In this document: piece by piece, positions 8,022 to 17,487 of the stretch | How the letters are laid out: every line of letters starts with the position of its first letter | Position numbering within the stretch: position 1 is the first letter of the stretch | Source: a virus | Direction: 5' to 3' (one strand) | DNA length: 64,000 bases | Virus record (IMG/VR): IMGVR_UViG_3300042197_004553 | Coordinates: 1 to 64,000 of that record | Made by a program: the position numbers and the translations under genes | The notes under the pieces: model-generated | What the model was told of the DNA's origin: nothing | Seen by the model: only the letters and a program-made list of their open reading frames with translations | Database searches by the model: none

Positions 8022-9950
8022 ATGGCACCCAATATCCCGCAGGCTGAGCCCGCGAATCACGAAGCAGCGCTGGAGGTACCGAACGTCGGTATTCGCTCGC
8101 TGCTGGAAGACTTGATGTCAATTGACATCAAAGATCAAAAGTCTGTGCAAGCACGCATGGGCGTGTTAGGTGCTCTTGCCAAACAGTCTGTATTTCCTTC
8201 GTTGGAGCCGTTGCTGCCGATGGTGTTGAACCTCAACGGCAAGCCATACACGCTCCACAATCACTACACTTTTTCTCCATTATTTCGTTGCCTGACGCCG
8301 AAAAATCAGGTGTGGTGCACAGGCCGACAGGTCTCGAAATCGACCAGTCTGGCGGCGCATGGTGTAGTGGTGGCGAACTCGATTCCGTTTTTTAAGACAT
8401 TGTTTATTACGCCGCTATACGAGCAGATTCGACGGTTTTCAAATAACTACGTGCGGCCGTTCATCGACCAGTCGCCGGTTAAGTCGTTGTGGTCGGGTAC
8501 AACGACAGAAAATTCGGTGTTGCAGCGTTCGTTCAAAAACAACTCAATGATGTTGTTCTCTTTTGCGTTGTTGGATGCTGATCGCGTGCGTGGCGTTTCG
8601 GCCGACCGCGTTTGCATAGACGAAGTTCAGGACATGGACCCTGATCATGTACCCATCATTCAAGAAACGATGTCGTACAGTAAATGGGGTACCATGTATT
8701 TCACGGGGACGCCAAAAACTTTCGACAATTTAATTTACGGTTTATACAAGCGGTCATCGCAGGCGGAGTGGTTTATTCCTTGCCACGCATGCGGACATTG
8801 GAACATCCCGGCGTTGGAATACGACCTCGACGCCATGATCGGCCCGTACAACGAGCACATCAGCGAAAAGTATCCCGGCACCGTGTGCGCGAAGTGCCGT
8901 AAACCAGTCAGCCCGCGGCATGGCCGCTGGGTACATCGCTATCCGGAACGGCGGTGGCAGTTCGCCGGCTATCACGTGCCGCAGATTATTCTGCCGCTGC
9001 ACTTCTCCGACGCTGAAAAATGGGCGACGCTGTTAATGAAGCGGGAAGGTTTTGGCAACATGACTCAAGCCCAGTTCTACAACGAGGTCATGGGCGAAAG
9101 TATCGATACGGGCCAGAAACTTGTCAGCGAGACTGAATTAAAGGGCGCCTGTATCTTGCCGTGGGAAAACAAGAAAGAACCCGAGCCCGCCAGTTATGCA
9201 AATTTGCAAAAGTACAAAAACCGCATCTTGGCGATCGACTGGGGCGGTGGCGGCGAAGAAGGCGTCAGTTTTACGGCGATCGCGGTGCTGGGCTTTTCGT
9301 CAGAAGGAACGATCGACGTGTTGTGGGGCAAGCGCCTCCTCATCGGCGGCGACCATCTGCAGGAAGCGATCGAGTGCATGAAATGGTGTAATCGGTTTCA
9401 GTGCGATCTGGTGGCCCACGACTACACCGGCGCCGGCACGGTTCGTGAAACCGTCATGGTGCAGGCCGGATTTAACCTCGACCGCGTCATGGCCATGCGG
9501 TTGGTGCGGTCGGCGGCGCAGGACTTGATCGTGTTCAAACCGGCGACCGAGATCAATCACCGCCAGCACTACAGCCTCGACAAAACACGCTCGCTGCTCT
9601 ACACGTGTCAGGCGATCAAGATGAAGCAGGTGCGGTTCTTTCAATACGATTGGTCGTCGCAGGACGCCCCGGGATTAGTTGCCGATTTCTTGGCGCTCGT
9701 CGAGAACAAGGCTGAATCGCGCCTCGGCGGCGATATTTACACCATTACCCGCAACACGTTGTTGAGCGACGACTTTGCGCAGGCCGTGAATCTTGGCGCC
9801 GCGGGCTTGTGGCACGTCAATCAAGCGTGGCCGAACTTTGCCCGACTGGCAGGTATTGCGCAGATCACAGAGCGACAAGCGGCTTCTCAGCAGCCTGTCG
9901 ATGACTGGGCTGACGACGCGATCGGCGGTCAGTATTTCGGCGGGTATTGA
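8022..9950 (+). CDS. terL: Terminase large subunit (GpA-like)
   Basis: GRQVSKST Walker A variant, VRGVSADRVCIDEVQD Walker B, GTPKT coupling motif, CHAC/CAKC Zn sites, FYNEVMG, AIDWG nuclease motif. Confidence 0.9.
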   Translation: MAPNIPQAEPANHEAALEVPNVGIRSLLEDLMSIDIKDQKSVQARMGVLGALAKQSVFPSLEPLLPMVLNLNGKPYTLHNHYTFSPLFRCLTPKNQVWCTGRQVSKSTSLAAHGVVVANSIPFFKTLFITPLYEQIRRFSNNYVRPFIDQSPVKSLWSGTTTENSVLQRSFKNNSMMLFSFALLDADRVRGVSADRVCIDEVQDMDPDHVPIIQETMSYSKWGTMYFTGTPKTFDNLIYGLYKRSSQAEWFIPCHACGHWNIPALEYDLDAMIGPYNEHISEKYPGTVCAKCRKPVSPRHGRWVHRYPERRWQFAGYHVPQIILPLHFSDAEKWATLLMKREGFGNMTQAQFYNEVMGESIDTGQKLVSETELKGACILPWENKKEPEPASYANLQKYKNRILAIDWGGGGEEGVSFTAIAVLGFSSEGTIDVLWGKRLLIGGDHLQEAIECMKWCNRFQCDLVAHDYTGAGTVRETVMVQAGFNLDRVMAMRLVRSAAQDLIVFKPATEINHRQHYSLDKTRSLLYTCQAIKMKQVRFFQYDWSSQDAPGLVADFLALVENKAESRLGGDIYTITRNTLLSDDFAQAVNLGAAGLWHVNQAWPNFARLAGIAQITERQAASQQPVDDWADDAIGGQYFGGY

Positions 9951-10165
9951 GCCGCGGTCACGATTTCCAGATGATCAGGCGGGCAGACGCAACTCAGTGT
10001 GCGACCGTTGTCCCACTCGACGTGCACCTGTGAAAACTTGTCGTGACCCCAGTCTAGATGCGTCACGTCTTGAACGACGCCTTCAGTGCCCGTCGGGATC
10101 GGGTCTGGGTCATTCGGCATGTACACAAGCCGAACGCGGTCGCCTTTTTTACCGTGAAACGCCAT
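9929..10165 (-). CDS. DUF4314-like protein
   Basis: GDRVRLVYMPNDPDPIPTGTEGVV...QVHVEWDNGRTL; TATACT 7 nt before ATG 10165. Confidence 0.75.
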   Translation of the reverse strand: MAFHGKKGDRVRLVYMPNDPDPIPTGTEGVVQDVTHLDWGHDKFSQVHVEWDNGRTLSCVCPPDHLEIVTAAQYPPKY

Positions 10166-10170
10166 ACGCA

Positions 10171-10527
10171 TTAGTATAGCCTCCAGCAGTAATCCCGGAG
10201 GCGGCTCTTTAATTGCGTCAGTTCGCGGATCGGGCATTCCTCGATGAGGCGCACGACTTTTAGCGCTTGGTCGTGCATTTCCTCGGCGGGCACGGCGCAG
10301 TCCATGCTGTGGGCGTACAGGTCCCAGCCTTCGCCGGTTCGCGGGACGGCCGGGCCTTTTCCTTGCACGGCCGCGTCAACCAGCCGCTGAAAGACGCCGT
10401 CGGGCTCGCTATCTCTTGCGCCGTAGTCTCGGTGTTTGCTGCATAGTTCTTCGAACGCCTTGATCTCGGCGAATATGGCGTCAATCCGTGACTTCTGGGT
10501 GTCGTTTTGTGGTTTTGTTTCAACCAT
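10171..10527 (-). CDS. Hypothetical protein
   Basis: ORF coupled to the upstream gene. Confidence 0.65.
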   Translation of the reverse strand: MVETKPQNDTQKSRIDAIFAEIKAFEELCSKHRDYGARDSEPDGVFQRLVDAAVQGKGPAVPRTGEGWDLYAHSMDCAVPAEEMHDQALKVVRLIEECPIRELTQLKSRLRDYCWRLY

Positions 10528-10840
10528 GGTTTGCGTGCAGTCGCGCGGAGGCGACCGCGGCGTCGTAGGCGCCCTTGGCGAGAATACGCTCACGCACCGC
10601 GTTGCGCTGCCGCTCTAAGTACTGCTGGTACTCTTCGTCGGTGTTTACGAGCGCTTCGGCGGACGAGAACGAATGGGCCTTGCCGGTCAACGGGTTGTCG
10701 CCGGAGTGCATGATGCGACCAACGGCGGCCATTTTGACGTTAATACGGGCATCTTCAATCGCCTGCTCAGCCGACACGGCGTCGGCCAGCCGCAGCGCGG
10801 CGGCTTCGATACCAGTCACAAGATTCTCAGTCTGGGTCAT
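10520..10840 (-). CDS. Hypothetical helical protein
   Basis: ORF with AAGGA upstream. Confidence 0.65.
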   Translation of the reverse strand: MTQTENLVTGIEAAALRLADAVSAEQAIEDARINVKMAAVGRIMHSGDNPLTGKAHSFSSAEALVNTDEEYQQYLERQRNAVRERILAKGAYDAAVASARLHANHG

Positions 10841-11051
10841 AGTTACTCAGGTCCTTTTTGGTTTGGATTTCTTTCAGCGTAGGGATTCTTTTCGGATGCT
10901 TTTCCGGGTGGCAAAGCCTGCAAGAGGTTTTGTTGCATCCGTTGTGTGATTTACGGTAGCGGCCATGCGTGCCGTATTCGTAGCCATAGAGTTGCCGGGC
11001 TTCGTCTCGCCGGCGGTCAATAATGTGCTTTTCTTCGTGATACCGTTTCAT
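10827..11051 (-). CDS. Small basic Cys/His protein
   Basis: GAGG SD; C...C.LCHP motif. Confidence 0.6.
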   Translation of the reverse strand: MKRYHEEKHIIDRRRDEARQLYGYEYGTHGRYRKSHNGCNKTSCRLCHPEKHPKRIPTLKEIQTKKDLSNYDPD

Positions 11052-11070
11052 GCAACACCTCGTAAATAAA

Positions 11071-11141
11071 AGCCCCCAGAAGGAGTCAAACCCTCATCCG
11101 CTGATTACAAATCAGCCGCATTATCATTATGCTATGGGGGC
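11071..11141 (-). tRNA. trnT: tRNA-Thr(UGU), CCA not encoded
   Basis: Cloverleaf: GCCCCCA/TGGGGGC acceptor, GCAT/ATGC D stem, GCTGA-TTTGTAA-TCAGC anticodon arm, GAGGG-TTTGACT-CCTTC T arm. Confidence 0.9.
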
Positions 11142-11156
11142 AATTATTAACGGCTA

Positions 11157-12617
11157 TTAGACCCGTGCCGGGGCGGCGCGCTTCCAAAGCGGATGCGCAA
11201 CGGCATCCGATTGCCGCAAAACGCACTTCTCTTCAATCTTTGTTCCGAGAATCGGCAACGTCTTCTTTGTCTTGACGTTCTTTGCCGCCTCGCGGAAATC
11301 AGCGGCGTACTGCTCTAACAATTCTATATCAACAGCCACGTTATTGCGAAGGCACTGGCTGACGTACACTTTGATGCCGTTCAGCGCCTTTTCAATCTCT
11401 GTGATACTCAGATAAAGACCGCGCGTGTTGATTTGCGTTATGGCGTTAGCCTTGTCGTTCGGACCAAGGTAGCGGCTGTCCAGCAATTCCTTTATCGCGG
11501 TGACGAGATTAGGAATCGCGGCCACCAACACGATAGACACGGTAGAAACGTCTGCGTACTCGTAGGCAGCGGCCGCCGCCGGGGGCGTTTCAACAGGCGT
11601 TTCAACCGCGGCGGCTTTTCCAGCACGCAGTTCCGCGATCTCCTGTTCCATGTGCGCCATCTTAGCCAATACAGCGGCCAACTGCGACGAATCGAGGTTA
11701 GACGGGCTGGGCGGCGGTTCAGGTTGCCGTTTGTGGTCCTTCAACATTGGACTGCGCTTCTGTGTGGTCGTGGGTCGTTCGTCTTTGAAGTCGCCGTCGA
11801 CAGCGACGTCTAATCCAAGTGCGGTCAATCTAATGCCGTGGGCTTTCATCTTGGTTTTACTGTACGGGTTCCGCCGTTCTGAAAAATTTTTAATAAGGCC
11901 GTGCTGCTTCAAAAAGTCGCGGCACCGCGTGTAGTTGTGCCAACCGAAATTGAGTTTTTGCGCGCTAATTGGCGTTTTGTCGCCGTCAGGGGTGTCGAAA
12001 TGAAACGCGCACATCGCGCCCAGCAGATCGGCGGGCGTGCCGGTGGTGCTGCCCCACGTTTCACTGTGATTTCTGACGGTAGCAATCAGTCGCCGCACGT
12101 TGTCTTTATTGTTCGCCGCTGGCGTGGTGTTTTGTTCTGGCATGCGGGGGAATTCCTCTTGGGTAATGGCCGCAACGGTCTCGACAAGCACGGCCGGCAC
12201 GGTAGAAATTTCTTTTTGTTTCGGCGTGATCAGGCCGAATTCAGTCAATAACGCCGCAAGCATGTTGTCGCTCATGGCGGAATGTTTTGCGAGATTTTCT
12301 TCGTCTGTCAAATATTCAATTGCCGGCCGTGTCAGTCCGAACGCGCTGCGCTTGTCTACCGCTTTCGGGCGCGCAAGGCGATCATCGGACCAATCGTCGA
12401 TGACCTCAAACAGTACGCGTTTGGCTTTAAGCGCGCGAAGCGCCGTAACAACAAATGCGTATGCGTTCTTTTTTTCCTTCTCTTTGCGGCGGTGCAGCGC
12501 TTTACAGACTTGGTTTGTAATTTCTTGCGCGTGCAATGTGTTGTCGTTTCCGCGGGCCATGTCTTCGACAAAAACGCGCAGCACAGCGAAAAGGATTTTT
12601 TGTGTTTCTTTAGTCAT
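11157..12617 (-). CDS. Hypothetical protein (486 aa; possible winged-helix segments)
   Basis: Long ORF with GAGGAG SD. Confidence 0.7.
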   Translation of the reverse strand: MTKETQKILFAVLRVFVEDMARGNDNTLHAQEITNQVCKALHRRKEKEKKNAYAFVVTALRALKAKRVLFEVIDDWSDDRLARPKAVDKRSAFGLTRPAIEYLTDEENLAKHSAMSDNMLAALLTEFGLITPKQKEISTVPAVLVETVAAITQEEFPRMPEQNTTPAANNKDNVRRLIATVRNHSETWGSTTGTPADLLGAMCAFHFDTPDGDKTPISAQKLNFGWHNYTRCRDFLKQHGLIKNFSERRNPYSKTKMKAHGIRLTALGLDVAVDGDFKDERPTTTQKRSPMLKDHKRQPEPPPSPSNLDSSQLAAVLAKMAHMEQEIAELRAGKAAAVETPVETPPAAAAAYEYADVSTVSIVLVAAIPNLVTAIKELLDSRYLGPNDKANAITQINTRGLYLSITEIEKALNGIKVYVSQCLRNNVAVDIELLEQYAADFREAAKNVKTKKTLPILGTKIEEKCVLRQSDAVAHPLWKRAAPARV

Positions 12618-12852
12618 TCTTTGGCTCCTCGCGTGTTTGCTTCATATATCGAATGTGTTCGACTACCCTGTCGAAACAATTTTCGCACATCAATGTGGTG
12701 TGACTTTCGCCGTCTTTGCTGCTGCAATAACCCCATGTTGCGCTGAGTTCGGCGTACTCAAAATCGTTTAACTGTGTTTTACAACTCGTGCCGCAGATAT
12801 CGCAGAGAACGTCGGTCAGCGCTGTTGTAGGGATTATTTCGTATTTTTTCAT
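12610..12852 (-). CDS. Small Zn-ribbon protein
   Basis: CDICG...A.WGY.S..DGE.....MCENCF. Confidence 0.7.
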   Translation of the reverse strand: MKKYEIIPTTALTDVLCDICGTSCKTQLNDFEYAELSATWGYCSSKDGESHTTLMCENCFDRVVEHIRYMKQTREEPKND

Positions 12853-13316
12853 GCTACGGCTTCCTCAATCTGTACAGGCCAGCAATAGGGAAGATAGATG
12901 GGATCGTCCCAGCCGAACTGGGAATAGTGCCTCAAGTCTTTGCGCAACAGGCTGCTGCGGTGCGACGCGTGTACGTCTTCGCGGCCGAACCACGCTGGGT
13001 ATCGGTTTGCGCCAATTGTCGGGCGAAGGCGGTTATAGGCCGCCACGAACTCAGGTTCAAGGTTGTCCTGAAAGCCCCGGCCACGCCATTCCCGACACAT
13101 GACGATGCTGTAAACCAGCAGCGCAACCTCGTGGCCGGTCCACATGAGGACCGCGGGGTGGTGGCGCCAGCCCCGTTTGCCGGGCACATGCGCGCCGACG
13201 CTCACGCCAAGACACAGCAAAATCTGCTTGCACTCGACGCGTTGTTTTCCCAACCGCTTGTTATCAAGGCACTTTGCCGAACCCTTAAAACTTGGGAGTG
13301 GCAAAAAGGTTTGCAT
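12849..13316 (-). CDS. Pyrimidine-dimer DNA glycosylase / endonuclease V family (MSMEG_6728-like)
   Basis: MQTFLP...SAKCLDNKRLGKQRVECKQIL, GWRHHPAVLMW, EW..RG, HASHRSSLLRKD. Confidence 0.88.
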   Translation of the reverse strand: MQTFLPLPSFKGSAKCLDNKRLGKQRVECKQILLCLGVSVGAHVPGKRGWRHHPAVLMWTGHEVALLVYSIVMCREWRGRGFQDNLEPEFVAAYNRLRPTIGANRYPAWFGREDVHASHRSSLLRKDLRHYSQFGWDDPIYLPYCWPVQIEEAVA

Positions 13317-13678
13317 TATTCGTCGTCGAAATCCTCGTCGTCATCAAAGTCTTCTTCATAACTCGGGTCGTCGTCGTCCCAGCCGTCTTCGTCATCATCA
13401 TTTTCGTTTTCGTCGTCATCCCAGCCGTCCTCGTCGTCTTCGTCTTCGTCTTCGTCTTCGTCGTCTTCGGCTTCGTCGTCGTCAACAAACCAGTGGGGTT
13501 TTTGCTCTGGTTCAAAGTCGGAGTCGTCGTCATCGTCGTCATCGTCTTCATCCTCAACAAATTGCCATTCTTCTTCAATGAAGTCGTCGTCAAAGTCATT
13601 GCGGCCCACCAGCATGGGAGCCCATATGACCGCGGCGCCTCTGGCCGGATGATAACAGTACGACTCGTGACGCGACAT
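13316..13678 (-). CDS. Extremely acidic low-complexity protein
   Basis: D/E tract punctuated by W/F; TAATG coupling to the glycosylase; start may be 13615. Confidence 0.7.
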   Translation of the reverse strand: MSRHESYCYHPARGAAVIWAPMLVGRNDFDDDFIEEEWQFVEDEDDDDDDDDSDFEPEQKPHWFVDDDEAEDDEDEDEDEDDEDGWDDDENENDDDEDGWDDDDPSYEEDFDDDEDFDDE

Positions 13679-13680
13679 GG

Positions 13681-16299
13681 CTATCCGATCTCTTTGTGTT
13701 GCGCAATTTTGTGTGCCGACAAAAATTTTTCAAACCACGCTGCGCGCACAACAACGCCGGGTTTGTTGAACTCGATGCGTTCTTCAATGTACACATTGTC
13801 TTGCTGCAACAGGTCGACAACTGCCGACCAGTTGGGTGCTGGACTGTGCACCATATAAAAATAACGCTCGATAGCCCGACGATTCAACCATATTTGGTCT
13901 TTTTTGCGGACAAAGTAGTTTCCCGACTGTTCTCGGCGCCGGTGCTGCGGCAAAATGTCTATTTTCCCGGTCGAAACGGCCGCGCTGATTTCCTGCATTA
14001 TTTCGCTATGCGCGCAACCCGGAGGCCGCAGCAAAGTGTTTGCGTGAGGTAGATTGAACGTTGCGCCGTAGACAGTCCGCAGCCATGTGTGTAGGTCTGT
14101 CAGTACGGCGCCGATGAGGTGCGCGGGTGTGCGGAACATGGTCGTTTTTGTCTGTAGTACGTGCTGGATGTACGCCGGTACAACGTCGCGCAGCAGCGTC
14201 GCATCGAAGTTTGTCGCGGCTGGATGCGCCAAAATCCGTGTCCAGCCATAACTGGTCAGCGAGGCGTTGGCGGCGGATCGGCCGCAAATCACAAGCGCTC
14301 TGTTAAAAAACCGGGGGGCGCAAGCGGCAATAGCGTCGTCGTTAAACAACCCGCGGCAAACGATCGGCCATGTAATTGCGTCGGTGAGTTTGTTGAGCCG
14401 CGCGTACACGCTTGAGTGGCTTTTTGTCGCGGCGAACGACACCGTGGCGCAATACAGCGCGTCGGCAATGCGCGTTAAAACGATTTCGTTGCCGGTATCA
14501 ACGCACACTGCCTCGTAGTCTTTTTGGAGCATCGGCGCGACGAGGTTGGACACCACGGCGGCCGTCAGCCCCCACACGACAGAATTTTCGTGGGCATCGG
14601 TTAGCAGGTTGCGCAGCGGCAGCGTCGCCACCGGCGTAGGTTCGGGGAAATCTTTGGACTGCGGTGTTTTGCGGATATACGCCGCGCGGCGGACGTCGCC
14701 GGTGTTTGTCAGTTCGTATTCCGCAAATCGAAACGTATTTGTGTTCTCGTCCCAGCCGCAGAGCGACGACACGGCCGTTACTTTGGGTGGATGCAGTTGC
14801 ATGGCCAGCATGGCGCTGTTGGCGTTCCACAACCGGCTGAAGATAACCATGATGTCGTGCGGCGCGAGCACCGTGCGGACGTACCCGAACAGGCCCAGTC
14901 GTTCGACAACGCTAGACGCCTCTTCAAATTCGTACTCCTTGCTGCCGACCCGCACCACGCCGCGGTAGACGCTTTTTCCGTTGCTAAATTGCAGTACTTC
15001 GGTGATTTTGGGCTGCACATTGCAAATTTTGCGCCCTGTGTGGGTCCACCAGCCGTGGTCGCGCTCGACAACGACGGCTTCACGCACGCACCGCGTCGGC
15101 GCCGCCCGCGCGAGTTTTATTGACGTCAAAACCCGCTCCCGGAACTCTTGCGAAAACTGGTCCGGGTATTTGTTGAAGAACGTGTGCAGTTTGTCGTGCG
15201 GCACGGTCAGCCGCTTGGCGAAATTTTCTGCGGCTATTTCGGGGGCGCCGACGAGCGCCGGCGCCAGCGCATCCTGCCATGTTTTGGCACCAGCCCGAAT
15301 GGCGGCGATGTCGACCATAGGCGGCTTGTGGCGAATAGCCGCGGTGGACACATAGCCTTTTGCCCGGCAGGCTCGGCTGATGAGTTCTGGCGACAGGGCC
15401 ACACTGTGGAACACGCGGGTGGCCGGCGGCATGCCGCCCAGCACAGCCCCAAAACTTTCGGCTTCGGGGCCGCTGTAACTGGCCATGACAGGCAGCGGCG
15501 TCGAGTGTTTAAGCAGGTGCTGGCACTGCGTCTTCAGCGCCCAGAGCGGACTGTCTGAGATAATTTGCGTGGTTTTCAGCACTGGATGCTCGGGAGCCAG
15601 CGCGGTATTGAGTAAAAAATACCCGGCTTCGGGCAGCCGGTTTCGCGCGTTTGTCAGCGGAATGAACGATTGCCGCGCAGTATTAAACTCGCCGTACTGG
15701 CGGACAAGGAAACCCGAGAGTCGGCCGGGAAGGTCGTAAAACGGAAAAACAATACTGGGTTCGCCGTCTGCGATGCGACGCGGTTTTTGCCGTCCGGCGG
15801 CTTCGTACATTTTGTTAATTTGGTCTTGGTGCGCCACGCCGACCAGCCCGTAGTGCTCGCGGACTTCGTGCCGCAGGCCCAGTTCGCGCAGGCAGCAGGC
15901 GACGACGTCGCTGTTGTGGTTCCAAATTTGCGCCCGGGCGTCTGCCCAGAACGCGTCAGCGGCGTCGTGGCAGCGGATACGGCGTTCGTAATCGCCCAGT
16001 ACGCGGTTGGCGTCGTTTTCGTTAAGCAACCCCCGATCGGCGAATTTCGTAAAAGCTTCCAGCAGGCTTATATTCCAGAAATAGGCCGCAAACGTTATGA
16101 TATCTCCATGGACGGAACAGGCATCGCATGACAGCCACGGGCCGTCGGTCAGGACATCGTCAAATATCCGCAACGCTTTTTGCTGGCATTTCGGACAAAC
16201 CACTGTGGCGGGAAAATCGTGAGTTTCCGGGGCGACACCCACTGCCGACAGGGCCGCTAGAATATTGTGTCGGCGCACTAAACAGACAGGGAATCCCAT
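13681..16299 (-). CDS. Primase-like multidomain protein (N-terminal Zn finger, DnaG-like segment), possibly catalytically degenerate
   Basis: CPKC...CDAC..HGDIITF Zn finger; IVFPFYDLPGRLSGF resembles the DnaG F-P-I..G.V.GF motif; no clear TOPRIM acidic triad or Walker A. Confidence 0.55.
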   Translation of the reverse strand: MGFPVCLVRRHNILAALSAVGVAPETHDFPATVVCPKCQQKALRIFDDVLTDGPWLSCDACSVHGDIITFAAYFWNISLLEAFTKFADRGLLNENDANRVLGDYERRIRCHDAADAFWADARAQIWNHNSDVVACCLRELGLRHEVREHYGLVGVAHQDQINKMYEAAGRQKPRRIADGEPSIVFPFYDLPGRLSGFLVRQYGEFNTARQSFIPLTNARNRLPEAGYFLLNTALAPEHPVLKTTQIISDSPLWALKTQCQHLLKHSTPLPVMASYSGPEAESFGAVLGGMPPATRVFHSVALSPELISRACRAKGYVSTAAIRHKPPMVDIAAIRAGAKTWQDALAPALVGAPEIAAENFAKRLTVPHDKLHTFFNKYPDQFSQEFRERVLTSIKLARAAPTRCVREAVVVERDHGWWTHTGRKICNVQPKITEVLQFSNGKSVYRGVVRVGSKEYEFEEASSVVERLGLFGYVRTVLAPHDIMVIFSRLWNANSAMLAMQLHPPKVTAVSSLCGWDENTNTFRFAEYELTNTGDVRRAAYIRKTPQSKDFPEPTPVATLPLRNLLTDAHENSVVWGLTAAVVSNLVAPMLQKDYEAVCVDTGNEIVLTRIADALYCATVSFAATKSHSSVYARLNKLTDAITWPIVCRGLFNDDAIAACAPRFFNRALVICGRSAANASLTSYGWTRILAHPAATNFDATLLRDVVPAYIQHVLQTKTTMFRTPAHLIGAVLTDLHTWLRTVYGATFNLPHANTLLRPPGCAHSEIMQEISAAVSTGKIDILPQHRRREQSGNYFVRKKDQIWLNRRAIERYFYMVHSPAPNWSAVVDLLQQDNVYIEERIEFNKPGVVVRAAWFEKFLSAHKIAQHKEIG

Positions 16300-17467
16300 G
16301 ACAACACCGTTTGATCACACGCAGGACGTCAGTGGCCGTGAAACCCACCGTTTAATCACGTTGTTTTCTGCGCCCGATTTTGTAAAAGCTGCCTCGCACG
16401 AGCGCACGCACGGTGACGGAACCCTGCCGCGGCACATGTACGCCGATATGTACCATAAACTGTATCCATGTCATTCGGCGCCTGCAACATGGCTATCGGC
16501 GCTCTTCTTTGCCGACAAGCGGGCGGAGTTTGACGCCAAACGGGCTGCCGAAATTCAAGAACGTCTTCACGCCTCGGCCCGCTTTTTCGGTATTTTAGGG
16601 GCCGTGCAGGAGATGGAAGAAAAAACGGCTCAGGCCAGCGCTGCCGATGTAAACAATTTGGCGGACGCCGATTTTGCCATTGTGTGGGAAAGCGCAGCCG
16701 GAAAAGAACGGCACTGGCCACTGCGGAACGCGGTGGAAGTAAAATTTGCAGCCGCCGGATTTGCCCAGTGGCGCGACGAGTTTGTCTTCAGTGACCGGCA
16801 GAAGATTGCCGAGCGCATTCTGGAAAAGGCCGCCCATTACGGCGCCGACATTGGCGAGCAGGAGCATATGCTGGCTCTGACAGCCGGCCAAGGCGTCTGC
16901 GCGGCGAAGGTGGCCGGCGAGATGCTCCGTGCCCGCGCGACGCTGGTGGCCCGAACCAACGAGCCGGCCGCGGTGGAGATGCGCAAGTTAGCCGCGATTG
17001 TGGAGAGCAACCCAGAACAGGCCCGGACGCAAGACGTCCGGATTAAGATTGCGGCCGCCGTAGACGAGTTTGACCGGGCAAATCATCTCAACCGGTTGTA
17101 CGACGCGGGCGGGCTGGAGCGCCCCGAAGAAGTGCTTTTTGCCGTCACGGAAAAGGCTGCCCGCGATTTCATGAGCCAGAACGTGGAAACAACCACAGGA
17201 AATGTGTACGCCTTGGAAGACCTTGAGAAACTGGCCGTCGATGACGTGCGCAGTTGGCTCGGTGACGATTTTGCGGATGCGGTCACGGCGGGCGGCGTGT
17301 ACCTCGATCGGGACAAGTTAGCGGCGATTGTGCCGACATTGGATCGCGGAATGGCGGCGGCCCTCGATCGGCTGATGCAGGAGAGCAAGATGGCGGCCGT
17401 CGTGCAGACGAAAGCGGCCGAGTCGCTGCTGCCGTTAGAAAAACTTTTCGCTCTTGCGGCTGAATAG
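16298..17467 (+). CDS. Hypothetical protein rich in K-x-A motifs (candidate prohead core protein)
   Basis: ORF from ATG 16298; 15 of 18 Lys are in KxA. Confidence 0.7.
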   Translation: MTTPFDHTQDVSGRETHRLITLFSAPDFVKAASHERTHGDGTLPRHMYADMYHKLYPCHSAPATWLSALFFADKRAEFDAKRAAEIQERLHASARFFGILGAVQEMEEKTAQASAADVNNLADADFAIVWESAAGKERHWPLRNAVEVKFAAAGFAQWRDEFVFSDRQKIAERILEKAAHYGADIGEQEHMLALTAGQGVCAAKVAGEMLRARATLVARTNEPAAVEMRKLAAIVESNPEQARTQDVRIKIAAAVDEFDRANHLNRLYDAGGLERPEEVLFAVTEKAARDFMSQNVETTTGNVYALEDLEKLAVDDVRSWLGDDFADAVTAGGVYLDRDKLAAIVPTLDRGMAAALDRLMQESKMAAVVQTKAAESLLPLEKLFALAAE

Positions 17468-17482
17468 TTGATTCGGTATAGT
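17454..17482 (+). promoter_or_regulatory. Sigma70-type promoter for a candidate sRNA
   Basis: TTGCGG (17454-59), 17-nt spacer, TATAGT (17477-82). Confidence 0.6.
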
Positions 17483-17487
17483 CCGCG

